This document shows positions 8,684 through 17,214 of a stretch of 33,182 nucleotides of DNA, piece by piece. Source of the stretch: a virus (taxonomy: Duplodnaviria > Caudoviricetes); the IMG/VR virus record IMGVR_UViG_3300025470_000055, positions 1 through 33,182 of that record, one strand, 5' to 3'. The number at the start of each line of letters is the position of its first letter. Within the stretch, counting starts at the first letter, position 1. The notes beneath the pieces are model-generated. The model searched no databases, was not told the DNA's origin, and saw only the letters and a program-made list of their open reading frames with translations. Position numbers and translations under genes: made by a program.

Positions 8684-11146
8684 ATGGCTAATGAACTTGA
8701 TGATTTTGAAGCCCGTAATGCGGAAGCCGCGAAAGCAGCTTTAGATCAATCAGACAATACTAATGTTAATTCTGATGATGATTTTGAAGCCCGCAATGCG
8801 GCTGCTGCTAAAGCAGCGATTTCTGGTGAGTCATCACCTGTTGCTACAGACAGCGGGACATCTGAAGAACCGATAAAAAATTGGGCAGAAACTCCAGATG
8901 CTTCTACATTAAGTGCCGGACAAATAGCTCTTAATACGGCTAAAAATATTATACCGTCGGCAGGTCGTGCGGGCGTTGGCCTTTATCATGCAGTGCGCCA
9001 TCCTGTTGAAACAGGAAAAACCTTGTGGCAGTTGGGCATTGGCCTTGATTCAAAATTAGAGGGACTGGCCGGAGTCAAACAAGACCCTGCACAAAAGGCT
9101 AAAGATGAGGCTGTGGCTGATGCTTTAGGAAATTCTTATGCCGAAAAATATGGCTCCGTAAATAAAGCATTAAACACGCTTCAATCAGACCCAATCAATA
9201 GCGTACTTCTTGATCTTTCGTCCGTAACACCATTTGCAGAAGCATCACTAGGGCGTGTCCCTGGTGTTGTTGGCACTGTAGGAAGGGCTATAGGAACAGC
9301 AGGTGAAGCTATCAATCCATTTAACCCTGGTGGCGTATTAACGGGTGGCTTATCAAAAACAGCAAAGCCCACAAGTGGGTTACTGGACAATACGGGTAAG
9401 TGGACTTCTGATGCTGACGCGCAAATTCATGCGGCTAGCCTAGGCTCACTAAGCGCATCTGATTTTATGCACTCCGCTGATCCATCTGTGCAGGCCGCTG
9501 CACATGATATTTTTAGCAAGAAGGGTATTACCCCTGCAACGGTAAATGAAGCTGTACTACGCTCTCAGGGGCTTGAGGCTCCAGCGTCTATGGTGACAAA
9601 TACCGCACCTCCTGCGGCTGTAGCTAATGAAGTACAAGCCGCAAAAATAAACAACTATAGTAAAATTGGCGATACGGCTTCAACCATAGCTGGTGCGTCT
9701 GCACCAATCGAAGGCGGGTTAGGTGAGGCATTAGAAAAAGGCCAATTAGCCGCTAAAAACAATTATAATGGTTTGTATCAAAAGGTCGCGGATAATGCAG
9801 GAACATTTCATCCTAGCGTTTTGAATGATGTTCTCCCCAATGTTCAACAGGAATTAGCTAGTTATAAATTGCCATCAACTTTAAGCATGATGGAAAATGC
9901 CCCAAGCATGGTTCAATCAAATGAAGCCATGCGGTATTTAGCGAATAACGTTTTAAAACAAAAATTGCCTCTTGGTTCTAATTTGACAATGCCTAATTTA
10001 GAGGCTGTTAGAAAAGAATTAAACGGATTTTTATCTGATGCGCGTGGATCAGACATTCAAGGCATGAGGGCTATTATTGACGGATATGATAAAACCATCA
10101 TGAATGGTGCAAAATCCGGCATGTTTTCACCTGCGGATTCATCTATTAGTAAATTAGATGCGGGAAATCAAATTGTATCTGATATGAATAATGCTCGTTC
10201 TGCATTTAAACAGTATCAGAACACATATAATAATGCCGCAAATCCAAATAGCACTGCCATTAAAAATGCTACTAAACAATTAACAAACCAGCAGTCTCTT
10301 GACGAGGCGGGAAATGCCTCATCTGCCGGAACGCAAGCCCACATGGTTGCGGAAAAAAACCTTAGCCCGAATTTACTTAATCCCGTTCTTGGACCAGATA
10401 TGTATGACAAGCTGGTTGAGGCAGCGGGCGGCAAAGGTTCTGCCGGAGAGCAGGCTGTTAAAAACCATTTTAAGCAAGCGTTTCTTGAAAATAATAATGG
10501 TCGTTTTGCTCTTAGCAGCAATAAAATGGAGGATTTGCTACATTCTCCTAGCGGAATTATAAAAAATCGCAATATATTTAACCCAGATGAATTATCTCAT
10601 GTTCGTCGAATGCACGAATCTCGCAAAATTTTAGAAGCTAAACCAAATACGTTGCAAAAAGCTAATTCAGCCCTTGGGTCGCACCTTGGTAAACTTGCGG
10701 CCAGAACCGCAATGACTGCAATCGGGTTGCACCTTCACGGTATTCCTGGTGCCCTTATTGGCGGTGGACTCGAACATCTTGGTGAGCATGTTTTATCTGG
10801 TAGCGCACTGAAAAAAGAAATGGCTGGTGCTCCTAAACCTCAAACCAGCCTATTGGGTAAATCCGCAAAAGTTGCAACATTTCCTGTTCGTGCACCCATA
10901 AAACTTGCAAAGGGAATCGCTACTCGCCCTAGGGTATCAAACGCGCTGATCAATGCTGAACAGCAACAACGCCAAGGCCGCGCCGCAGGTGGTAAGGTTG
11001 GATTTGATCATGAAGCTAAGGCGGACAAACTAATTTTGCTTGCAGATAAAATAAAAAAAGACGAAGCTAAAAAAACGTCATCAATTTTAAATGTTGATGA
11101 TAGTACGGTGGCGCGAGCGCTAGCCGTGGTCAATCGCAAAATATGA
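8684..11146 (+). CDS. Large putative internal virion / DNA-transfer protein (820 aa)
   Basis: Long Ala/Gly/Asn-rich helical ORF following the 1318-aa gene, with a duplicated acidic N-terminal motif and a C-terminal module after RAAGG. Confidence 0.65.
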   Translation: MANELDDFEARNAEAAKAALDQSDNTNVNSDDDFEARNAAAAKAAISGESSPVATDSGTSEEPIKNWAETPDASTLSAGQIALNTAKNIIPSAGRAGVGLYHAVRHPVETGKTLWQLGIGLDSKLEGLAGVKQDPAQKAKDEAVADALGNSYAEKYGSVNKALNTLQSDPINSVLLDLSSVTPFAEASLGRVPGVVGTVGRAIGTAGEAINPFNPGGVLTGGLSKTAKPTSGLLDNTGKWTSDADAQIHAASLGSLSASDFMHSADPSVQAAAHDIFSKKGITPATVNEAVLRSQGLEAPASMVTNTAPPAAVANEVQAAKINNYSKIGDTASTIAGASAPIEGGLGEALEKGQLAAKNNYNGLYQKVADNAGTFHPSVLNDVLPNVQQELASYKLPSTLSMMENAPSMVQSNEAMRYLANNVLKQKLPLGSNLTMPNLEAVRKELNGFLSDARGSDIQGMRAIIDGYDKTIMNGAKSGMFSPADSSISKLDAGNQIVSDMNNARSAFKQYQNTYNNAANPNSTAIKNATKQLTNQQSLDEAGNASSAGTQAHMVAEKNLSPNLLNPVLGPDMYDKLVEAAGGKGSAGEQAVKNHFKQAFLENNNGRFALSSNKMEDLLHSPSGIIKNRNIFNPDELSHVRRMHESRKILEAKPNTLQKANSALGSHLGKLAARTAMTAIGLHLHGIPGALIGGGLEHLGEHVLSGSALKKEMAGAPKPQTSLLGKSAKVATFPVRAPIKLAKGIATRPRVSNALINAEQQQRQGRAAGGKVGFDHEAKADKLILLADKIKKDEAKKTSSILNVDDSTVARALAVVNRKI
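8699..8818 (+). repeat. Two-copy 42-bp intragenic repeat encoding DDFEARNA(E/A)AAKAA
   Basis: gatgattttgaagcccg(t/c)aatgcgg... begins at both 8699 and 8777. Confidence 0.9.
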
Positions 11147-11153
11147 GGGTACT

Positions 11154-11357
11154 ATGTCTTTAGAAAAAATTGAAGTTGAAGTGAAACTTACCGTTGCACA
11201 CGTTAATACAATTTTGGCACACCTTGCCAAAGGCGCTTATAACGAAGTGGCAGAACTGATTGCTCATCTGCGTGGTCAGGTTGTTCCACAGGTTGATGCG
11301 GCTCAAAAGCCACCAGAGGCGCCTGCGGAGCCTGCACCTACACCAGCAGCAGAGTAA
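11154..11357 (+). CDS. Small conserved-type phage protein (67 aa), last gene of the structural operon
   Basis: GAGG RBS; amphipathic LTVAHVNTILAHLAKGAYNEVAELI with a Pro/Ala/Glu tail; followed by a terminator. Confidence 0.8.
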   Translation: MSLEKIEVEVKLTVAHVNTILAHLAKGAYNEVAELIAHLRGQVVPQVDAAQKPPEAPAEPAPTPAAE

Positions 11358-11396
11358 AAGAAAAGCTGGGGTTAATTCCCCAGCCCCTCTTCTTTT
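11356..11396. terminator. Probable bidirectional intrinsic terminator between convergent operons
   Basis: Stem GCTGGGG-ttaatt-CCCCAGC (11365-11384), flanked by AAAAGAAAA on the left (the minus-strand U-tract) and CTCTTCTTTT on the right. Confidence 0.8.
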
Positions 11397-11746
11397 GGCT
11401 GTAAATTATCGGAACAAATCTTTCTAATGACGTATGTCTGCTGAATTGTTGAAAATCGAGCAATATGAAACTCATAAAAAGTTTCAGTCAAATACATAAT
11501 CATCATAGCGAAAATAATGCTGTCCCCATAGTACGCAATAATGTCGTTCTCTGGGTCAAAATCACTCATTCTTTCAACTACTGAACCCTCAAAGATGGGC
11601 ATATATTTTTCATCAATTAGGTTATCAAACATCGGCTTGTCGCACACATAGACAATTTCACCCGCTACTTGTGAAAGCTGTTTTGCATCAAGGCGAAAAC
11701 TAGGGTTTTGGACAAATACTCGTTTGAATTTCATTTCAATTTCCAT
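11372..11746 (-). CDS. Hypothetical phage protein with alpha/beta pattern (start 11746 or 11734)
   Basis: ORF ends in the terminator. RVFVQ...DFDPENDIIAYYGD pattern. Last gene of the leftward operon. Confidence 0.7.
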   Translation of the reverse strand: MEIEMKFKRVFVQNPSFRLDAKQLSQVAGEIVYVCDKPMFDNLIDEKYMPIFEGSVVERMSDFDPENDIIAYYGDSIIFAMMIMYLTETFYEFHIARFSTIQQTYVIRKICSDNLQPKEEGLGN

Positions 11747-11978
11747 TTAAAACATTGTCAATCATATCTCGTGCTTTTTTATCTTCAATACAAGCATGTT
11801 CATACGCAGCGCGTGAAACAATACGGGTATCAAGATAATTCAAAACTTGTATCATCTCTTTCATTTTAATGACAGAGGTAAGATTTAAAACTTCTGTAAT
11901 AATTCCCCTTAATCCGTCAATTTCTTTGTCTTTTTTTTCTAATTTCTCTACTAAACGCCTCATTCTTGCATCACTCAT
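11736..11978 (-). CDS. Hypothetical protein
   Basis: ATGA coupling with the upstream gene; coiled-coil N-terminus. Confidence 0.65.
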   Translation of the reverse strand: MSDARMRRLVEKLEKKDKEIDGLRGIITEVLNLTSVIKMKEMIQVLNYLDTRIVSRAAYEHACIEDKKARDMIDNVLNGN

Positions 11979-12214
11979 TTTCTCATGTCCTTTAAAATTT
12001 TATAAAATTCCGTAATGATTTCTGTAATGGATGCTATTTGCTGTTCGAGTTTTTTGTATTTATTTTCATCCATTAAATTTTTTTTATTTTTATTGATTTT
12101 AATAGAAGAGACATATGATTGGCCTATGCCATATTCTTTTGCAATAATTTTTTGCTTTCTTTCATCATTTATAATCGCCTCAATTTGCTCTGGGGTTATT
12201 TTTTTTGTTCTCAT
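11975..12214 (-). CDS. Small HTH protein
   Basis: ITPEQIEAI...QKIIAKEYGIGQSYVSSIK helix-turn-helix; GAGGA RBS. Confidence 0.7.
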   Translation of the reverse strand: MRTKKITPEQIEAIINDERKQKIIAKEYGIGQSYVSSIKINKNKKNLMDENKYKKLEQQIASITEIITEFYKILKDMRK

Positions 12215-12229
12215 TTCGGCATCCTCACG

Positions 12230-12472
12230 TTAATTCTTATATTTTGAATTTACGTTTTTATAATATGTTGCATTAAAAATGTAACATATATAATCTGCAT
12301 GTTTGGCATCTTTTGAATTTTTTACCGCATCGTGATAATCACTTAACGTTTTATATTTCAAAGCATCCAGAGTACTTTTCAATGCACTGGAATGATCATA
12401 AGGATTATGGCATAGTCGTTCCCAATTTTCTTGTGTTATAAAAATGTTTTTTGGTTCATATTCTGTGTTCAT
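12230..12472 (-). CDS. Hypothetical protein
   Basis: ATG at 12472 overlaps the upstream stop (ATGA); begins MNTEYEPK. Confidence 0.55.
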   Translation of the reverse strand: MNTEYEPKNIFITQENWERLCHNPYDHSSALKSTLDALKYKTLSDYHDAVKNSKDAKHADYICYIFNATYYKNVNSKYKN

Positions 12473-12813
12473 TTTGGCCTTTCCGGCAGTTCCATGTAAT
12501 GTGTCGGACATACGGTAAAATGTTCATAAGTGCCATTTGGACGTTTTATTTTTTGATAAAAATTAAATTCACCATGAACTTTTTCACATAAAAAAACAAA
12601 CATTCCATTTTTGTTGTAACCAAGAAAATCAACAGCACCAGATAAAACCCAATTATGCGTAAGTTTTTCTATTGATCCCCAATTTCCATCTTTAATTGAT
12701 CCTTCTTCTATTTGTTTTAATCTGCAAATATCTTTAACAGCATTCTTTAAAGTTTTTGCATCTTTTTCGGCTTGTTCTACCATTTCATACAGTCTATATA
12801 AATTCGTTTCCAT
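12469..12813 (-). CDS. Hypothetical protein with DUF551-like C-terminal motif (alternative start 12882)
   Basis: AAGGAG RBS before ATG 12813; ends PTHYMELPERPK. Confidence 0.6.
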   Translation of the reverse strand: METNLYRLYEMVEQAEKDAKTLKNAVKDICRLKQIEEGSIKDGNWGSIEKLTHNWVLSGAVDFLGYNKNGMFVFLCEKVHGEFNFYQKIKRPNGTYEHFTVCPTHYMELPERPK

Positions 12814-12881
12814 ATTTTGCTCCTTTTCTCTTTTTTCTTCGTTTAAAGATTTAAATGAATACCCAAATTCCATACATCCCA

Positions 12882-13193
12882 TCACGGCATCTCCGGCAAT
12901 TCGCTCCAATGGGTAATTTTAAGAACATCACCTTGGTGATCCCATTTACCATCCCGATACGATGCAATTTTTATTTTTGGTTTAAACCATGTTTTACGCA
13001 GTATTTCATCTTGCGGCCTTGCCAGATCAACAACAGCAAGAACTGGGTTGTTATGTGTGGGTGGAGTGTTGACGCTATTCCACGGCCTATCAAGGCGGTA
13101 AATTTCCTCAATAGCTTCATTTTCTTGTTTAAAATATTTCCGTCGCTCATCTTCAGTCAGCGGAATTTCATGTTTTGATAATTCACTAACCAT
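12882..13193 (-). CDS. DUF551-like protein
   Basis: WNSVNTPP...VLAV...ITHWSELPEMP. Confidence 0.65.
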   Translation of the reverse strand: MVSELSKHEIPLTEDERRKYFKQENEAIEEIYRLDRPWNSVNTPPTHNNPVLAVVDLARPQDEILRKTWFKPKIKIASYRDGKWDHQGDVLKITHWSELPEMP

Positions 13194-13419
13194 TTTGTAC
13201 ATCCTTCCATTTTGCCCAATTTAAAATTTCTTTAGTTCCAGCGTTTGGCAAATAAATCACCATGCGCTCAACGAGGTCGTAAACATGCCAGTCGTATTCA
13301 TCCAGACCGTGTTCTTGAAGGCCATCAAATAGCCCTGTTAAGGTATCGTCATGGGCGATACGATCTTCCATACCGCCATTAGGTTCACCCTTTTTCCAAG
13401 AAAAAAGCATGTACCTCAT
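13186..13419 (-). CDS. Hypothetical protein
   Basis: GGAG RBS, ATGA coupling; MRYMLF...PNGGMED...DWHVYD. Confidence 0.7.
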   Translation of the reverse strand: MRYMLFSWKKGEPNGGMEDRIAHDDTLTGLFDGLQEHGLDEYDWHVYDLVERMVIYLPNAGTKEILNWAKWKDVQNG

Positions 13420-13877
13420 GATTTCTCCTCCAGTTTTTTTGTTAATTCAATCAATTTAATTTCAGCATTGACGCGAAGTGTATTCATTTCATCAAATTGG
13501 TGATTAAATCGGTTACAACGTGCAGTCATAACATTCAAGTCATGCTTGACCTTATCCAGTTCCTCTTTGCGTACCCAGACTTTATTGAATACGTCTGGCG
13601 TACAACTACGCTGTGCAATGTCTAGCTTGGCCTTCAGCTTCTCATTCTCATAGTACATGGACAATCCAGTCTTGCCCGCCTCCTCTGCCGCATATAGCGC
13701 CCCTGTAAGACGTGAACGCAGGTGAATATTTTCAACACGCAATTTTTCATTGACGTCAAAATACCCAAACAATTTTCGCCAAAGTGGTTTTTTTGGCTCT
13801 GGCTGTTTTGGATTAGTGTTATACCAATCGTATTGGCTAAGTTTTTCTAAACCGATAATTTTATTTTCTTTTGTCAT
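13416..13877 (-). CDS. Hypothetical coiled-coil protein
   Basis: AGGAGG RBS about 7 nt before ATG 13877; heptad-rich sequence. Confidence 0.65.
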   Translation of the reverse strand: MTKENKIIGLEKLSQYDWYNTNPKQPEPKKPLWRKLFGYFDVNEKLRVENIHLRSRLTGALYAAEEAGKTGLSMYYENEKLKAKLDIAQRSCTPDVFNKVWVRKEELDKVKHDLNVMTARCNRFNHQFDEMNTLRVNAEIKLIELTKKLEEKS

Positions 13878-13879
13878 CT

Positions 13880-14179
13880 TCATGCCTCCTTCGCTTTTGC
13901 AACAACTTTCAACACCGGAAATGGTGCGCCTTCTTTTTTGCAAGCATTGTAAAGTTTCATCTGAGCCTCAGTCACGCCGTACTTTTCTTGCAACTGATCG
14001 TAGTCAATCGTGGAGCGCTGCGAAAGCGTAACCTTGACATTGTAGTCAATGCCTTCAACCAAATCTTTGCCAGTCTCTACGATTTGTGTCTTGAGAAATT
14101 CCAACTCGCTGTCAATCATGTCGCGCTGAATTTTTAAAGATGCGTAACGATCTGCGGCTGGTGTGTTTGGGATATTCAT
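13880..14179 (-). CDS. Hypothetical phage protein
   Basis: AATGGAGA RBS and ATG at 14179 (MNIPNTPAADRYASLK); has its own promoter upstream. Confidence 0.75.
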   Translation of the reverse strand: MNIPNTPAADRYASLKIQRDMIDSELEFLKTQIVETGKDLVEGIDYNVKVTLSQRSTIDYDQLQEKYGVTEAQMKLYNACKKEGAPFPVLKVVAKAKEA

Positions 14180-14258
14180 TTGCACTCTCCATTTAAAATC
14201 TGATCGGCTCGTTCCGATAAATAGATGTTTAAATGAACTTGACGCTTATGTCAAGCGA
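14180..14258 (-). promoter_or_regulatory. Promoter, 5' hairpin and RBS cassette containing a CTTGAC-N6-GTCAAG palindrome
   Basis: Minus strand: TTGACA-N17-TAAACA, then hairpin ATCGG-aacgag-CCGAT (14203-14218), then AATGGAGA. Confidence 0.55.
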
Positions 14259-14440
14259 TACATGCTGATATTTTTCTGAGCGCGAATATCCCGATTATTC
14301 CATGTCCAGCACTCGCCGCTATCATCCTGGAAGCACACCCAAAGCAAATCGTGCTCGGCTCCATAGTCAATCATAAAATGGCATAGCGCCTTCCCCTTTG
14401 GGGTATCCATTGGCATTGGCGGGTCTAATTGAATGATCAT
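14246..14440 (-). CDS. Small conserved-type phage protein (64 aa)
   Basis: MIIQLDPPMPMDTPKG..LCHFMIDYG.EHDLLWVCF..SGECWTW.N.DIR; ATGA coupling. Confidence 0.75.
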   Translation of the reverse strand: MIIQLDPPMPMDTPKGKALCHFMIDYGAEHDLLWVCFQDDSGECWTWNNRDIRAQKNISMYRLT

Positions 14441-14775
14441 TTTAATATTTCCAATTTAACTTTTGCTGTTCCTGATTTAAGCAAGCCTATGCAAGCGGCT
14501 GCACCCCTTGATAAATCAATGCTTCGGCCTGTCCATTTGGCTGGCCCTCGATCTGTTATTTTAACTGTAACTGATTGTCCATTTTTAACATTTGTAACAT
14601 GTACCATAGTGCCGAACGGTAATGTGCGGTGTGCTGCGGTTAGTCCGTTTGGATTGAACCTTTCTCCATTTGCTGTCCGGCGCGATAGATATTCACCTCC
14701 ACCGTACCAGCTTGCGATTTCTTCGGATTGAGCTGTTGTTGTCAGCAACATGAATGCAATTAAAAATTTAATCAA
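14437..14775 (-). CDS. rlpA: RlpA-like (double-psi beta-barrel) lytic transglycosylase with signal peptide
   Basis: ASWYG...RTANGERF...LTAAHRTLPFGT.V.VTN..NG.SV.VKITDRGP...GR.IDLS..AA are the RlpA family motifs; hydrophobic N-terminus. Confidence 0.88.
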   Translation of the reverse strand: MIKFLIAFMLLTTTAQSEEIASWYGGGEYLSRRTANGERFNPNGLTAAHRTLPFGTMVHVTNVKNGQSVTVKITDRGPAKWTGRSIDLSRGAAACIGLLKSGTAKVKLEILK

Positions 14776-15058
14776 TATTTTGCGCCTTTCTCCCCTCCCA
14801 AAGTTTACGGATTTCAGCCTCGATGTGTGGCCTAATTAAAGCTGGAAGCCTAGCTAAAGCTGCCCTGCGAGCCTCAATGTCCGGCAAGTCTAGCACAGAA
14901 CAAGCCCCTTGGTAAATATACAGGCTACATGCCGACTGGATGGACAAATCTTCATCCTCCATCCTGCGTTTCCCAGACAATATATCAGAGATTCTGTCCG
15001 ATGGCCGTCTGCAATTTACCCAGATGTCTGTATTGATTTTTTTCTTGGGTTTTTTCAA
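14768..15058 (-). CDS. Hypothetical protein (probable TTG start at 15058)
   Basis: GAGGA-ttatc-TTG in frame with the 14768-15112 ORF; overlaps the 3' end of the VRR-NUC gene. Confidence 0.55.
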   Translation of the reverse strand: MKKPKKKINTDIWVNCRRPSDRISDILSGKRRMEDEDLSIQSACSLYIYQGACSVLDLPDIEARRAALARLPALIRPHIEAEIRKLWEGRKAQNID

Positions 15059-15449
15059 GATAATCCTCAAATGCTGCAATAGCTGAATCTGCACCAAGGG
15101 CAATACATACAAAAGAACCCATATCTTGTGCGGCTGTCAAATATTCTTGCTGTCCATCCTGCCACGCTGATTTCGTATGGTCACGGCGTTTAATCTCGCA
15201 TATAAATGTCGGAGCACCAGGGATAATAATGTCAGATGCACCCTTTGTCATGCCCTCAGCTTTTTGAAAAGACACTTGCCGAAACGACCGCTTGCCTTCA
15301 TTGCGCGGGTGCAGTGCTATCAAGCCCCACGTTTTAGGCCATTGGTGGCGTAGCCTGGCAAAGAATGTTATTTGCTCCATGCCCTCTGTGGCACACTCGC
15401 CTCGATAAGACGTGTCACCATAAATTTTAATGTGCATTGGGAATTTCAT
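14985..15449 (-). CDS. VRR-NUC (PD-(D/E)xK) nuclease / Holliday-junction resolvase-like
   Basis: HPRNEG...KAEGMTKGASDIII...FICEIKRRD...GQQEYL; GGAG RBS before ATG 15449; adjacent to the helicase. Confidence 0.82.
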   Translation of the reverse strand: MKFPMHIKIYGDTSYRGECATEGMEQITFFARLRHQWPKTWGLIALHPRNEGKRSFRQVSFQKAEGMTKGASDIIIPGAPTFICEIKRRDHTKSAWQDGQQEYLTAAQDMGSFVCIALGADSAIAAFEDYLEKTQEKNQYRHLGKLQTAIGQNL

Positions 15450-17214
15450 CTGCGCTCCTATTGTAAGCATAAATTTTATAAAAACCGCTATCTGGGTTTT
15501 TTTCATATGTAATTGTTTTTGGCTCAAAGCCATTTAACGATAAATATAAAGCCTTATCTTGCAAGCCCTTTGCCCATTTAGGGTCTTTATGCACCCAGAA
15601 CGTAAACGATCTGTATGGTGTCACAACGGCTATGCGCCACATATCTCGTCCCGACTTGCTGATCGACGAAGCCACGTCCCACTTTAAAACCTTGTCTGTC
15701 TGACGCCGTGTAGGATCACGCTTCATCTCGTGAAATTCAGCAATTAACTTTTCATTGGGATCAACAATTTCACCCTTGCACTCAAAACAATATCGCGCTG
15801 CAATATCATTCTCGGCTTCACAGTGCGGGCATTTTTTATACGTCCAGCGATAATTGCACTGCACAAGCTGTCCAGCTACTATTGTCTTGGCTTGGCATCT
15901 GCGGCCAAAATGCGCGGGTATTGGCCCGAACTCTCCGTCTATTGCACGCCCGTCTAAATCGCAGAAATAACCGTGTTCGTTGATTTGGAACCCTGAATCA
16001 TTTGGACGCGCCGAAAATATATTTTCTACACTACAAATCGGACACGTGCATCGTACAATCTCACCAACATTCTTTTTCGGCACAGATTTAATCGTTGGAT
16101 CAAACACGTCACCATCGGGACAATGTCGCTCGATGTTTTCGGCGTAGTCTAAAATAAGGCAATCGTCTTTCCCTTCGCTTATCCTTAATCCGCGACCCAT
16201 AATCTGCTGCATAAGTCCAACTGATTCCGTAGCCCGCAATATCGCAATTAGGTCAACATGAGGCGCGTCAAATCCCGTTGTCAGCACGGATACGTTCACC
16301 AGATACTTGAGTTCCCGCGCTTTAAACCGTGCAATAATATCCGCCCGTTCTGCCCGTGGTGTTTCGCCCGTTACAATCGCTGACAAGCCCGTAGGAAGGC
16401 TTGCAAGGCATTCATAGGCATGTTGCACCGTGGCGGCAAAGATCATCACTCCATGGCGCTCTCTGGCCTGTGAAACTATGTCTGCAATAATCATAGAGGT
16501 TTTGCGGCCTTGCCCGACGAATGCGCGGTCAACATCCTCTGCATCAAACTGCCCACGGCTATTAAGCTGCATGTCAAGCGTGTGATACGACTCCGCATGA
16601 ATATTGCCAACTGTGGGATTTGTTAGGAACCCCATGCCAATCAAGGTTCGGGCAGTAATGCGGTCAACACACGCCGCAAAGTATGGCTCTTTCTTTTCAT
16701 CCTCTGGCACTGGCCGCCCATTCGGCCATTGGTCAAAAATATATCCCTCGCCTAAACGAAACGGCGTGGCGGTCATACCGACAACGCGAAGGTTTGGGTT
16801 TTGTTCACGCAGTTCGTTAATGATTTTTTTAATTGTTGGGGTTACGCCGTGACATTCGTCTATAATGACCATAGCAAATTGCGACCCGAATTTACTGATT
16901 CTATTTGCTACAGTCATTGGAGTGCCGAATACAACAGGATGTCGCAGCGAGACCTGTCCAGTGCTTGCCGAAAACAGTGAGCATGGATTTCCTGTTGCCG
17001 CGTATTTCTCGCTGTTTTGCAAAACTAATTCTGCACTTGGTGCAAGGCAAAGCACATGCTTGCCATTAGATATGCGGTGAATAGTCTCAGCTACGGCTGC
17101 AATAATATGCGACTTTCCTGCACCCGTAGCCGCCTCGATCAGGCATGGCTCTGCTGTTCGTCGCACCCATTTGATAATAGCGTCATGCGCCGTTTGTTGG
17201 TAAGGGCGTAGCAT
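15427..17214 (-). CDS. Superfamily 2 DNA helicase (RadD/YejH-like) with C-terminal Zn-ribbons
   Basis: LRPYQ Q-motif, ATGAGKS Walker A, IIDECH, GMTATP, LTTGFDAP, QIMGRGLR, and CxxC pairs (CPIC, CPHC, CFEC). Confidence 0.93.
   Translation of the reverse strand: MLRPYQQTAHDAIIKWVRRTAEPCLIEAATGAGKSHIIAAVAETIHRISNGKHVLCLAPSAELVLQNSEKYAATGNPCSLFSASTGQVSLRHPVVFGTPMTVANRISKFGSQFAMVIIDECHGVTPTIKKIINELREQNPNLRVVGMTATPFRLGEGYIFDQWPNGRPVPEDEKKEPYFAACVDRITARTLIGMGFLTNPTVGNIHAESYHTLDMQLNSRGQFDAEDVDRAFVGQGRKTSMIIADIVSQARERHGVMIFAATVQHAYECLASLPTGLSAIVTGETPRAERADIIARFKARELKYLVNVSVLTTGFDAPHVDLIAILRATESVGLMQQIMGRGLRISEGKDDCLILDYAENIERHCPDGDVFDPTIKSVPKKNVGEIVRCTCPICSVENIFSARPNDSGFQINEHGYFCDLDGRAIDGEFGPIPAHFGRRCQAKTIVAGQLVQCNYRWTYKKCPHCEAENDIAARYCFECKGEIVDPNEKLIAEFHEMKRDPTRRQTDKVLKWDVASSISKSGRDMWRIAVVTPYRSFTFWVHKDPKWAKGLQDKALYLSLNGFEPKTITYEKNPDSGFYKIYAYNRSADEIPNAH

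Noticed and set aside
8699-8818. CRISPR-like repeat-spacer-repeat
   Set aside because: There are only two copies, they are in frame within a CDS, and they differ mostly at synonymous positions. It is a protein repeat.
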